DNA from: Eledone cirrhosa
Taxonomy: Eukaryota
Direction of reading: 5' to 3'
DNA length: 64,000 nucleotides
NCBI GenBank assembly: GCA_964016885.1
Contig: OZ024740.1
Coordinates: 175,398,001-175,462,000, forward strand
The notes under the pieces were generated by a model. It saw only the letters and a program-made list of their open reading frames with translations. It had not been told where the DNA came from and did not search any database. Shown one piece after another: positions 1 through 12,080 of the stretch. Positions within the stretch are counted from its first letter, which is position 1. Each line of letters begins with the position of its first letter. A program made the translations under genes and the position numbers.

Positions 1-558
1 AATAAAGAAATCATCATCATTATTACTTCTTGAACAGTTTCATGCGAGTTTCTTCTGCATCACCAGAGATATCTCCGTGCACTTGACGTGTGTACAGTAT
101 TATGTATTTCTATAGGTAGTGATAATATAAACTTTTCCAATTAATATACAGCATCAGTCATGTTTTGTTATAATGTTTCGCTTGTGTTATTTTAGTGATT
201 GTTCTGTTGTTTATCCCGTGTGTTATGTAAGTTGTGTTATTTTATTGGGTATTAATATTGTAGAGTATAAATTACGTGAGTTGTATTGTATTATTTTATT
301 AGGTGTATGTTCTATAGAGTATATTAACAGTATTCATATTATTGATGTAAATATTATGATTAATGTTGATGTTGTTATCAACATCATTATGCTTTTTAAA
401 AATGTTTATAACATTTTGTAATAATTTCTTTAATTCTTTATTTCTTCGTGACTTATCCATTTAATTCATCACCTAATTGTAATTCTAAATGGTAAATATA
501 TTACATTCCTGTGAATACTGCATATATTGCTCTTGTTAGAAAATTGCTTTTCAGTCTG

Positions 559-620
559 TGGCTATGTTTTAGTTATATGATGTGGAACGTGTGGCTGTGT
601 ATTTATTGCTTTTATACAAA

Positions 621-663
<43 letters not shown>

Positions 664-748
664 ACACACACACACACACATATATATATTTATAAAAGCA
701 ATAAACACACAGCCATACGTTCCACATCATATAACTAAAATATAGCCA
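559..748. repeat. ~58-bp inverted repeat enclosing a (CA)n/(TA)n spacer
   Basis: tggctatgttttagttatatgatgtggaacgtgtggctgtgtatttattgcttttata (~559-616) is the near reverse complement of tataaaagcaataaacacacagccatacgttccacatcatataactaaaatatagcca (~690-748). Confidence 0.85.
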
Positions 749-753
749 TATAT

Positions 754-756
<3 letters not shown>

Positions 757-850
<94 letters not shown>

Positions 851-867
851 TGTGTGTGTATTTATAT

Positions 868-922
<55 letters not shown>

Positions 923-960
923 CACACACATATATATATGTATATATATATATATATATA
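757..960. repeat. Compound (CA)n/(TA)n microsatellite
   Basis: Directly visible; explains the HTHT/IYIY ORFs. Confidence 0.95.
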
Positions 961-2120
961 AGGTTTAGTATGGTGATTAGGACGGAACAGGAGGAGAAAG
1001 GAAGAAAGGAGTTTCCATCGTCAGCTGTAAATGTATCCCGAACCGATGTTTCGGTGCTGAATTACAGGACATCGGTGTAGTTCGGGTGCGCCCGAGGCCT
1101 TTTATTAATCAAAAGGCCAGGTGGAAAAGGAGAGAAAAAGAGAGAGAAAAAGGGAGAGAGAAAATGAAAGAGAGGGAAAGGAGGAAGAACAGGGGGGGGA
1201 TGAGCAGAGAGGAAGAAGGGGAAAAATAGGAAAGCAATAAAAGAAAAAAGTGTGCAGATCCCATCGTGGGAAGACACAGGTGAAAGAAACATGCAAAAAA
1301 GTAACCGTGGAAAAATAGGGAAAGTAAGTTGTGGCCAACCTGGGAGACTTTAGCCTGGGGGTCAGCTACGACTCAGAGCTGGATTGATCGTCCTGCCTCT
1401 CACATAGACAGGAGAAAGTGAGAGAGAGACACGGGCAACCAAAAGTGAGGAGGAGAAGGGAGATAATCCAGAAGGGTTTTTTTTTTACGACGGTGGTAAA
1501 ACCGTGCTGCAAAGATTGCGGACAGAGAGGCCACCACGGCACGTGTGAGCATGTCAACAATCAAAACCGAACGGATGAATAGAGAGAGAGGGAGAGAGAA
1601 AATAAAACGAGAATGAGGAGGAGAAGGGAAGAGAGAAGGGAGGGTCGATGCGAACGTGTGGAGGGTACACAGATCGACCAAAGTAGGTAGGGGTCACAGC
1701 GGTAAATACAAAAAGTTATGAAACGAAAGGAGCTGTGTGGTTAATTTTTTGCATGTTTCTTTCACCTGTGTCTTCCCACGATGGGATCTGCACACTTTTT
1801 TCTTTTATTGCTTTCCTATTTTTCCCCTTCTTCCTCTCTTCTCATCTTGTTCCCCCTGTTCTTCCTCCTTTCCCTCTCATTTTCTCTCTCCCTTTTTTTC
1901 TCTCTTTCTCTCTCCTTTTCCACCTGGCCTTTTTGATTAATAAAAGGCCTCGGGCGCACCCGAACTACACCGATGTCCTGTACTTCAACGCCGAAACATC
2001 GGTTCGGGATACATTTACAGCTGACGATGGAAATTCCTTTCTTCCTTTCTCCTCCTGTTCCGCCCTAATCACGATCCTAAACCTTGTTTTTAGTAACCAC
2101 ACAGCTCCTTTCGTTTCATA

Positions 2121-2125
<5 letters not shown>
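961..2125. mobile_element. Non-coding element with ~340-bp inverted repeats, probable non-autonomous PLE/retrozyme-like insertion in (TA)n
   Basis: 961-~1300 is the reverse complement of ~1745-2084; 1713-1742 is the reverse complement of ~2094-2125; (TA)n on both sides; contains HHR core words. Confidence 0.65.
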
Positions 2126-2161
<36 letters not shown>

Positions 2162-2165
<4 letters not shown>

Positions 2166-2375
2166 CTCCAGTTCCCCAGTGAATTAACAACCCAGCAAGG
2201 AACTGGGCATATCAGAGTATTGACAATATCATACACCTAAACAACATATGTACTTGTCTATACCATACTAATTCAAACTGCCTGAAGAGGTCACAGCCAA
2301 AGATGGCTGTCACTGAAATATATATAGCAGTAATAAACGAAGCTAAATTTTAATCATTTGACTTTTATTTAACTT

Positions 2376-2380
<5 letters not shown>
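2162..2380 (+). mobile_element. Penelope-like 3' terminal fragment
   Basis: Type I HHR followed directly by AATAAA (2332-2337), between two (TA)n tracts. Confidence 0.6.
2277..2331 (+). ncRNA. Type I hammerhead ribozyme (PLE-type, palindromic stem III)
   Basis: actgc-CTGAAGA-ggtcacagcca(aaga)tggctgtcact-GAAA-tatata-TA-gcagt: stem I actgc/gcagt, long stem II with one mismatch, predicted cleavage after A2326. Confidence 0.8.
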
Positions 2381-2470
<90 letters not shown>

Positions 2471-2865
2471 CATATATATACATATATATATATATACGTA
2501 CGTATATGTATATACACATACACACACACATATATATATATAATATATTTCTCTCTCTCTCTCTCTCTCCACACACACACATACACACACATATATATAC
2601 GCGCACAAGTGTGTGTGGGTGTTACTTTATATCTAATGAAATTGACATTAAACGATGGAATATTTTCTAAATTAACTACAGTTAAAGAAAAGGAAAAAGA
2701 GAAGAAAATTAAGACAGTACATTTAGTTTGATGATGTTAAAACGTGACAGATTTTTCTCTCTTTATTTTATGGGTGTATGTACGAGTATTTGTGCGTGCA
2801 TACCTATGGGGGTAAGTATGCGCATATGTGAATGTGTGTGAATGCATTTATACATAAGTATGTAA

Positions 2866-2941
<76 letters not shown>

Positions 2942-3161
2942 TTGTGTGCATCTACTTACTTGTTCATATATCTGCATGCCTGTGTGTGAATGTATACATA
3001 TCCTAGGGTGTGTGTGTTTAATTTTGTCTTTTTCAGCGTGCATGTAAGTGTCCGTATATGTACGTGTATGTGTGTATATATGTGTATGCGTATCTGAATG
3101 CATATGTGGTTGTGAGTGTAAGTCTTTGCGTAGGTTTGTATGTATGTATACACACATACAC

Positions 3162-3208
<47 letters not shown>

Positions 3209-3260
3209 TATATGTGTGTGTGTGTGTGCGTGTGTGTGTGCGTGTGTGTGTGCGTGTGTG

Positions 3261-3314
<54 letters not shown>

Positions 3315-3345
3315 TGTGTGTGTGGATGTGTGTATTTGTGTATGT
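2381..3345. repeat. Compound (TA)n, (CT)n, (CA)n, (GT)n microsatellite field
   Basis: Directly visible. Confidence 0.9.
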
Positions 3346-3728
3346 GTGCACGTCTTCGTGTATTTATGTTTGTTTTGAGTGACAAATTTAATTGTCATAT
3401 CTCAAACAATGATATTTCTAAACTGGTTCTCTCAATAAGATGAGACACCGAGGTGGAATTAGCTTTAGGTGGTGATTAATTTGCAGAAGAATACAAACAA
3501 TAGCAACCCCCGACATCGACCGATGTCCTCCAGCCTCCAATGTAATTTCCATCACCTCCAAAAACAACAAAAATAAAATGAATGACAATGTTATCCCGAA
3601 ACCATCAGATTTCGACTCTCATTCGTGTTTTTGTAAGGTGGGATTTTTCTGTCTTTCTTTCTTTCTTCTGTCTGTCAGTCTGGCAGTCTTTCTGTTATCT
3701 GTCTATTTTCTCTCTGTTAACCTGTCAG

Positions 3729-3762
<34 letters not shown>

Positions 3763-3960
3763 GTTGATAGTAGACGTTTGTTATTTCGGCTGCAGCCTTT
3801 TTGGATTTGTATTACGTTTTTGACTGTGAGTTTGTGTTTCATTTGTTTTGTTTGTGTGACCTAACCTCCCGCCTGGACTTGCAGACGGGTGGTTATTTTA
3901 TTTTTACCCCTTTTTGTGAGTAAAAACTACTTTGAAAAATTTGTATACCAACTTACAATA

Positions 3961-5922
3961 ATGGACACCATACATGAAAACACCACTGCCCCCCCCCCCC
4001 CGGGAAAGTGATAAAGAGGAACAAGTAACTCAACCTACTGAAGCTTCCCTTCTCTCGCTTTCGCATGCGAGTATGAAAGTGGATTTGGCGAACAATTGTA
4101 AAAACTTGGGTAATAACCCAAACAATAGAAACAGTAAATCGAAAAATGTATATATTACACTGACACCAACAACACCAACACAAATAACAAAGAAAATAAC
4201 ACAAACACACACAAAAGCGAAAACAACAGCAACAATGACAAAGAAAACAACATAAATGTGAACTCAAAACACAAAAAAATGGGTGAAAACCCAAAAAACT
4301 GTATCTCAAACAACAACAACCAAAACGCAAACACCCAAGAAAACAAGAACAACAGCAACGAAACACACAAAAAGACCCCACTACACGAATATCCTTTGCC
4401 CAGGTCGTTAAGGAGACTGAAACTTTCACCCCAATTGACATCAGCAATGCAGCGGAATTACTAAAAGAGGGGAGAAAACAGGTGAGCTTTGGTGAAAACG
4501 GTGATTTCACCATAATCTCCCCTAAGGATATTAAAAGAGACACGGTCCTAATGACAATTAATTTTAGAACTATATCAAATACGTCGAAAAAACCAGCTCA
4601 ATTATCGCATAGCGAAATTGAGCTGGTGTTAAAAGACACGTTGAAGGACATGATTTTTATTGAGAGAGGTAAGTTATATGGAGTCTGATAATTTTGATGA
4701 AGGACCAATTGGTGGTCCCAAAATACTCGGTGTCGCCAATTGTGTCCAAACAATACACTTTCTTCCCCACCTACATGGGGAAGAAAACTCAAAAAATAAC
4801 AATCTCCGGTATACACCCAAATACAAATATGTGGTGGATACTAGGAGGGATACGGGACGACGAAGATGAACTCCTTGATATAAGCAATCCACCAGGGGCC
4901 ACTTTGGCGGTATAGGCATACAGATTCTGGTTCGAATGAAACCAGAACGTATCGCAAAGATATCCCAAAGAGTGTCCCTGGAAGGCTCCCAATTTATGAA
5001 CATTGCAGTTGAGGGTAGGCGGCCCGCTTGCTACCTCTGTGGAGGCAGAGGTCACCTGAGGGCTGCCTGTCCTCAACAAACTAAAAAACCTTTACTGCTA
5101 GCACCTCCAAAAACAACAATATCACCACTACCACAACAACAACAACAAACACAACAAGTCAACAAAGAACTGAACACGGACCCACCCAACCCCTCCAGAC
5201 CCAAAACAACTCCACAAACAAAAACACAATCACCACCACCACCACAATCACCACCACCATCCCCAAAACAACAAACACAACAAGTTAACAAAAAACTGAA
5301 CACGGTCCCACCCAACCCCTCCCCACCTAAAACAACTCCAACAACATACATGGAAGAGGATCCCTTAACTTCAGAAGACGAGGGGGAACCCTTCCCAAAA
5401 ATAAAGCAAAAAAAAAGAAAACACACCGCACCCACACAAAGAAAAATAACCCCCACCCCACAAAAATTAAACAAAACACAAACAAATACAGAACAAAAAC
5501 CAACAAAAATTACACAGACACAGCTATACACATAGTTCAACACAAAAAATATAAAACTTGTAAACAAAATTGAACAAAACCCTTTGGTACAAACCGAAGG
5601 GCCAAATTTCACGAGGGACACAGAGAACCCCTCTTTAAAAATGATTAAAACTCCGATACATATTTATATAGAACTAAAAGACGATTTTCCTGAGGACGTC
5701 TCCCCCCCCCCCCCCCCCACACACACCTGTGTAAAACCAATGAACCGTGTCCTCTTGAAAAATTTCCCTATCCCCACCCAGACACCCACATCACACCAAA
5801 CACCCCAACACCACCACATTCTGATGTCCCCACACCACCACAAACCCCCACACCCACCCAACAACCCCTCCCTCACCCCCATGTAAGTTGTGCAGCCCGG
5901 TCCCGGGGACGTAAGGAGGTAG
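3961..5922 (+). pseudogene. Tx1-like ORF1 (frameshifted)
   Basis: VEGRRPACYLCGGRGHLRAAC zinc knuckle, P/T/Q-rich linker with an internal duplication, acidic then basic patch EDEGEPFPKIKQKKRKH. Confidence 0.75.
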
Positions 5923-5956
5923 GTGCCTTTTCTTTTTCTTCCCCTTCGCCGCCAAC

Positions 5957-8900
5957 ATGGCTGTATTGAGAGTAGGATGTTTGAATGCTCGTGGCCTGAA
6001 CTCACCTTGGAAGCAGGCAACACTTCTAAATGACCTCAGGTCGTGCAGTACAAATATCATGGCTATTTGCGAGTCCAGGGTCAGCAGTGAACGCGAGCTA
6101 GCCCCCACCTTTAACGACTTTGAGATCTATGCATCTCTCTGTCAGCCAGGAGGTGGGGGTGGGGTTGTCGTTCTGCTGCAAAAACACCTGGGTCTCGCAA
6201 CGCAGACGGTGAATCTGGAACCGGAGGGTCGACTGGTGGTACTAGACGTTGGCAGTGGTGACGGTGGAGCCTTTAGGCTTGTCGCCGCCTATGCCCCTTT
6301 TGGGCAGCGAGGCTGCACTTCTTCCAACGTCTGGAGACTTTCTAGGGACGTCCCGCTCCTTGCTTTTAGTGGGGGACTGGAATGGTATCCTAGATGCACG
6401 TTGGGACTATGTAGGGGCATGTCCCGATAGAGGGGTGTAACAGCCTCAAACGGTTAATCGGCCGATTTGACCTGGCCGATAGATATCGACTAGATTTTCC
6501 GACTGCGCCAACCTGGACTTGGACTAATCTCAGCGGATCATCTAGGTCGTACCTAGATAGGGTCCTAGTTAGAAATAAAGATAGGGACCTACTAAGTTGT
6601 CCAGAGATGCGCATGGTTGGCTATTCAGATCACAAATTAGTGGCCTGCTTAGTCAACCTTGATAGAACGCATAGACATGGACCCGGTTACTGGAAGCTGA
6701 ACTTGTCATTTCCGGCAAGTAAAGCTACAGGGATCGGATTAGCGCTTTAGTTAAGGAACGGTTGACGGGGGCTATCGTCAACAGCAGGTGGTGGGGCTAT
6801 CTCAAGACAGAGATTAGAGTAGTCTCGATAGGTTTTAGTAAGGAATTAGCCTTAGATAGGAATAGGAAGGAAAGGGAGTTGGTAGATAGAGTAGAAGAGG
6901 CGATTAGAAGCGGCAACGTAGCCAGAGTGCTAGCGTCGAGAACGGCCTTAGATCAGTTTTTCGACGCGAAGCACGAAGGCTTCGTTGTCAGAAGCAAAAT
7001 ACGTGCTCTAGGAAACGAGGGGGCCAAAGCTGTTAGCTGGGCCCGCGTGACAGAAGCCAAAAGTGGGATTAAATCCGCTATCCGGTCTTCGAAGGAGCAG
7101 GATGGACGGGTGATCCTTGAACCTGGACAGATGTGTGAGGCCTTTCAAAGGCACTTTGCACGACTGTTCGGGAGGGGCGAGGGACCGGATGGGGATGTGG
7201 ATTTCGGTCCATACCTCGACGGCCTACCGCGTCTTTCGAACGAGGAGGCGAAGTCCTGCGAAAAGCCGATTTCAGCTGCTGAAATAGGGGACATGCTGAG
7301 CCAATGCGGCAAACGCAAATCCCCGGGTCTCGATGGTCTTCCATACGAACTTTATGTAGCGATGCCGGACTTTTTCTCCGATCTCCTCGAGGCGGTCTAC
7401 TGCAACTGGCAACAGAACGGGAGAATTCCATGTTCTATGACCAAGGGCGTAGTCTCGCTAGTGAGGAAGGACGAGAACAAGGGGTATGAATAAGTAATTT
7501 CAGGCCCATAACTCTGCTAAATGCGGAGTTAAAGATTTTGGCCAAGGTGTTAGCAAAGAGGTTGGCGCTTGTCGTGGGCAACCTGGTGGGAGATGCGCAG
7601 ACATGCGCTATCCTGTGCAGATCCATTCACGACAACCTCATGCGATACATCATAGAGAGGGTAGGGAATGAACCCGGCTTTGGTGGGGCCCTGATCAACT
7701 TGGATCAATCTAAGGCGTTCGATAGAGTCGACCATGGTTACCTGGATGCGGTGCTAGCGACGGCTGGTTTCGGACCCATTTTCAGGGGCTGGAATACTGC
7801 CATGCACAGCAGCCGCATCTGCTCTCGGAGCCGTTCTAAATCACGCGGTCCATCCGACAGGGGTGCCCTCTCTCCTCCCTTCTGTATGTGCTGGCTCTCG
7901 AGCCACTGCTGCGGAAGTTGGAGTTGTTGCAGGGAAGAACTGGGGTGAGGTAACGAACAGGGTGTTTGCACTGGCCCAGAAGTGGGCCGAGTGCAAACTA
8001 TCCCTGAAAGGTCGGGCGGAGGTGGCGAACGCTTATATAGCGTCCGTCATCTATTACCGCTTGACTGTCGTGCCTTGCCCAGGTGAAACGCTCACCAAAA
8101 TGGAGCGCGCACTCTTCCAATTCCTTTGGAAGAAGCGGGCTCCTTTGGTGAGGAGATACATCTGCTGTCAACACCCTTCGAAAGGAGGGCTGGGGTGGCC
8201 GTGGCTGCATATGCGTAAATACGCATTATGGCTACGGCACCTCCAGGTTTCCCTCACCGGTCAACCGGTGAGGTGAGCCTTTCCGAGACTCGTCTCGCTT
8301 ACCGAGCTGCAATCCTGGGTCAAGCAAAGACCGAGAAAACTGGGCGCCTGGCACACGGAGTGTGCTCAGGCGCTCACGGCTCTCTGGCAGGCGGACCCAG
8401 CTATCAGTGGAGACTCCACCTCGACATTCTATAGAGGGTTGGTCAGCAGCAGGTGCGAGCGCCCTCGGAGAAGCCCTAGGCTGGCCAGCCTGTTCTGTAG
8501 GACACTTGGCCCGGGACGATGGACAACTTTCAGAGGTCTCTGGCCTGGTAGAGCTACCGTGGGGCTCTGCCCGTTCGAGACAAGCTCTACAGACACGGGC
8601 GCCCGGGTAGGGACCCTTCGAAAAAGATCTGTCCGGGATGAGTGCGTGACGAGGAAACCATCGCGCACGCATTGCTACACTGCCCGGGTATTGCCGACCT
8701 GTGGGGCTATGTGGAACGACTGCTGCCACGGGTGGGACCAATCCGGTTGACCACCGAGTCCATTGTTACGATCAAACCGCCCCCCCCCCCTTCAAAAACG
8801 AAGGAGAGGCGGTCTTCCTCTGTGTAATAGCCATGGTGAAAGAGGTTGTATGGTGGACGCGTTTGAAAGGACTAAGGTCGGACACCTTTCTCTCCGGCCA

Positions 8901-9057
8901 ACAACTGGTCCTTTTCTTCCGATATCATTTCGGAAGAAGGATCAGGATGGAGAGAGAGGTGCTCCACCCCAGCCAGTTTTATGAAAGGTGGGTGAAAGTG
9001 GCGAGAATGGCCCGTGTGAATGGGTCTTCTGCATCAGCCTGTAGGTGGAAAGAATAG
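5957..9057 (+). pseudogene. Tx1-like ORF2 (APE endonuclease + RT), frameshifted, YADD region deleted
   Basis: LNARGL, GDWNG, SDH, KSPGLDGLPYE, FRPITLLN, DQSKAFDRVDH, ETIAHALLHCP; compared with element C the segment carrying YADD is missing near 7935. Confidence 0.92.
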
Positions 9058-9475
9058 CAGAAGAAGGGAGCACCCTCTCTTTGCGCTCCCGATGAGAAGG
9101 GTTGCACATTTTTTTCGGGGGTGTGTGCGACCCCCAAAACGCCCCCTCCCTATTAAGGACTTCGATTGTTTGATTTTGTTTGTTATATTTTTGTACTCGT
9201 TTTATTGTATGTAAAGCCCCCCCCCCCCCTTTGTATTTGTCCCAATCTTTTATGCCCTGGTGGCCAATAAATAGAAAGTTATCTATCGTTAGTCTTTCTT
9301 CTTTTTATTGCTTGTGTGTCATTGTTGCCGTTCTGTTTTATGATGGTGCTGGAGGGAGAGTTCTGACTTTAGAAAAATGAGCAAAGAAAATCTATACAGC
9401 AGGGGAAAAGTAAGACATAAAAACATCATCAGCTACAACAACAATAATAACTGTATCTGAAATATAAATTTTTGG

Positions 9476-9553
9476 AGCTGTGATTAGTCGATTAAATCAA
9501 CCTGAGCACTTGACAGGCATTTTATTTTATCTACCTCGAAAAGATGAAAGGCA
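9476..9553 (-). mobile_element. SINE fragment
   Basis: tttattttatctacctcgaaaagatgaaaggca matches the reverse complement of the SINE core seen at 15500-15540. Confidence 0.65.
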
Positions 9554-9699
9554 TATACTATTAGTCACAATAATAACATTTTCTGTATTGGTCAAAGAGC
9601 CTATATAAGAAATCTAAAACATGTTATACAAACGGTCTACAAAATACGTGGGGATGTAATCACGTATAATAAAATAGATGGTGGAGTAAAAGAATTGTA

Positions 9700-10480
9700 A
9701 AATATATTGAAACTACTTAGAAATTTACTTAGTATTTGTGTCGGATAAATGGAGCTAAATCAAAACCATTCAATGTGGGAGTCGGAATCCATTAAGGGTG
9801 CGTACTGAAACCTCGACTGTTCATTATTTTCATGAACAGGATTGACATGCGCAGTCGGGTTGGAAGTGACATCATGACTAGTAGGTATGGAATCAGTCAG
9901 CTGCAATTTGCAGACGACACGGTTTTCTTAACTCGTCGGAACGTGATCTTCAACATGCACTCGATATGTTTGACACCGTGGCTGGAATGAAAATCAGTGC
10001 TGCTATGACTGAGACACTCATCCTTAAGGAATCTTGCGCAATGCACCCTACATGTGAATGGAGTTCCACTGAAGCAGGTAGAGAAGATCAAATATCTCGG
10101 CCCGTTTTCACGAGTGATCGAAGGCAAGGGATTGAATTAAGTGCAAGAATTGCAGGAGCTAGTACAGTAATGTGCCAGCTTCAGCATTTGGTCATCGGAA
10201 GAAGCGAAGTAGGTGTAAACACCAAACTCGCTATCTTCAATTCGGTATTCGTACAAACCCTTACCTATGGTCATGAATCATGAGTAATGACCAAAAGAAT
10301 GCGATCGCTGATACAAGATGGCTGGATAACATCCATGAGCTCGGCTGGTCACGCTTGGGGATCCAGCAGGATCAGTTGGAATCGATTGCTTCTTACTGGG
10401 AGGAGTGTCTGATGACTACTCCCCACATCTCTCAAGAAGAAGAAGAAGAAGAAGAAGAAGACGAAGACGACGACGACGAC
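9700..10480 (+). mobile_element. RTE-like LINE 3' relic with (GAA)n tail
   Basis: LQFADD near 9900, TKLAIFNSVFVQTLTYGHES, gaagaagaa tail ~10435-10460. Confidence 0.75.
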
Positions 10481-11153
10481 GATATTTTTATTTATGTCTC
10501 ACTTTTTATTGTATTTTTTTCTCTTTGCCATTTCTCTTGGAAAGCTATACAATTGATATATTACCGATAAAATAATCGAATAAAATCGCGTAAGTTACCT
10601 TTGGGGACGGAAAAATGCATTGTGCTGCTCTTCATAAGAAACGCAAACAGATTTCAAACTTCAAACTTGCCCAGTTTTTTCTTAAAAATTTATCGGATTC
10701 TTTTTCTTTTTTGTTTTTGTTAGCAGGGAGTGTATCATTTAGATGGTAGAAGGTTTTGTTTGAAGATCTGATATAATTATTTTCTCTTTATATGAAGATC
10801 AGTATGTAACAAAATCTAGTTTTCTCTTAGATTTATTTTACGAAGGGTCGCCTAGTTCAGCAACAAACCATACAAAACATGATCAAATTACAATTATTTG
10901 ACCGAAACCGATAATTTGTCCTTGGTGGTAACAAATCTATTGTGTAATAATATCAAAGAAACACAATTTATTCATATTATTTAATTCTATTTTCGTTATC
11001 AGCGATATCTACCAATGTATAGGTTGATATCATGCTTAGTCGGCTATTGCGAATACTAAGAAGATAGAGTAAGATAAATTCATTAACGATATGATAATAT
11101 GGCTGACATTACAAACATAAAATAACACACATATATCATAGAGTCATTTATAA

Positions 11154-11155
<2 letters not shown>

Positions 11156-11240
<85 letters not shown>
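11156..11240. repeat. (GT)n microsatellite
   Basis: Directly visible. Confidence 0.95.
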
Positions 11241-11242
<2 letters not shown>

Positions 11243-11334
11243 AGAAAGAGATCGAGATCGAGAGACAGACAGACGGACAGGAGAGTGGTTGTAAGATGAC
11301 TGCACGAAACATGCCCCCCCCCCCCCAGGCATAT

Positions 11335-12080
11335 CACGTGCTATATAATGCCCCATGCCTTCTATCACTCGCGAATACGTACCCGAGATACTTGAACTTC
11401 TCTACCTGCTTCAGTGGAACTCCATTCACATTTAGAGTGCACTGCGCAGGCTTCCTTTAGAGGATGGGTGCCTCAGTCTTCGCAGCATCGATTTTAATTC
11501 CAGCCATGCAGCACTAATTATCAACCTATCAAGTGCATGTTGGAGATCACTTTCTGACGAGTTAAGTAACACCATGTCATCTGTAAAATTCAAGCTGAAT
11601 GATCTTACACCTGCCAGTCGTTATACCAGTTCCAATCTAGTTACGCATGTCAATACAATTCATGGTCATTATAAACAGAAGATGTGACAGTACTCATCCT
11701 TTCTCGGAGTTTGACCCTCACATTGAACGGTTTCGGTTTAGTACTATTTATCCGAACACAAATATTCGGGCATTCGTATAGACATCAGGGCAACAAGAAA
11801 CTATCCATCAATCCCACACTCCTGCAGGATATTCCACAGCATGTCTAGTTTAACTCGGTTTTATGCCGTTTCGATATCTACGAAGCAAGCATACACCTCT
11901 TAGCAGTACTCCCGCGGTGTGAATATGTCGGCTGTACTGCGTCCGAAGCAAAAAAAGCACACTGTTCATCAACTAGCTTAGACTCGACAATCCCACTACA
12001 CCTCTTGGCAAGACACTTAGCATAAACTTTAGCGGGGAAGCTTAATAAGGAGATCCCTCTATAATTGGAGCAATCTCTCT
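11335..12080 (-). mobile_element. RTE-like LINE RT relic, same family as 9700-10480, opposite orientation
   Basis: Shares the antisense translation PRYL(N/I)FSTCFSGTPFTxRVHCA with 9897-10127; degenerate RT motifs on the minus strand. Confidence 0.7.

Larger units (their letters stand above)
3766..9279 (+). mobile_element. L1-clade/Tx1-like non-LTR retrotransposon A, near full length, decayed
   Basis: ORF1 with zinc knuckle, ORF2 APE-RT-CCHC, AATAAA 9266-9271, 11-bp target-site duplication TATCTATCGTT (3755-3765 and 9280-9290) at the end of a (TATC)n tract. Confidence 0.92.

Noticed and set aside
20-112. Possible minus-strand host exon (KYIILYTRQVHGDISGDAEETRMKTVQE)
   Set aside because: Short, weak splice signals, no recognisable homology or partner exons
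511-3443. Many ORFs of IYIY/HTHT/CVCV type here and throughout the window
   Set aside because: Translations of dinucleotide and tetranucleotide microsatellites
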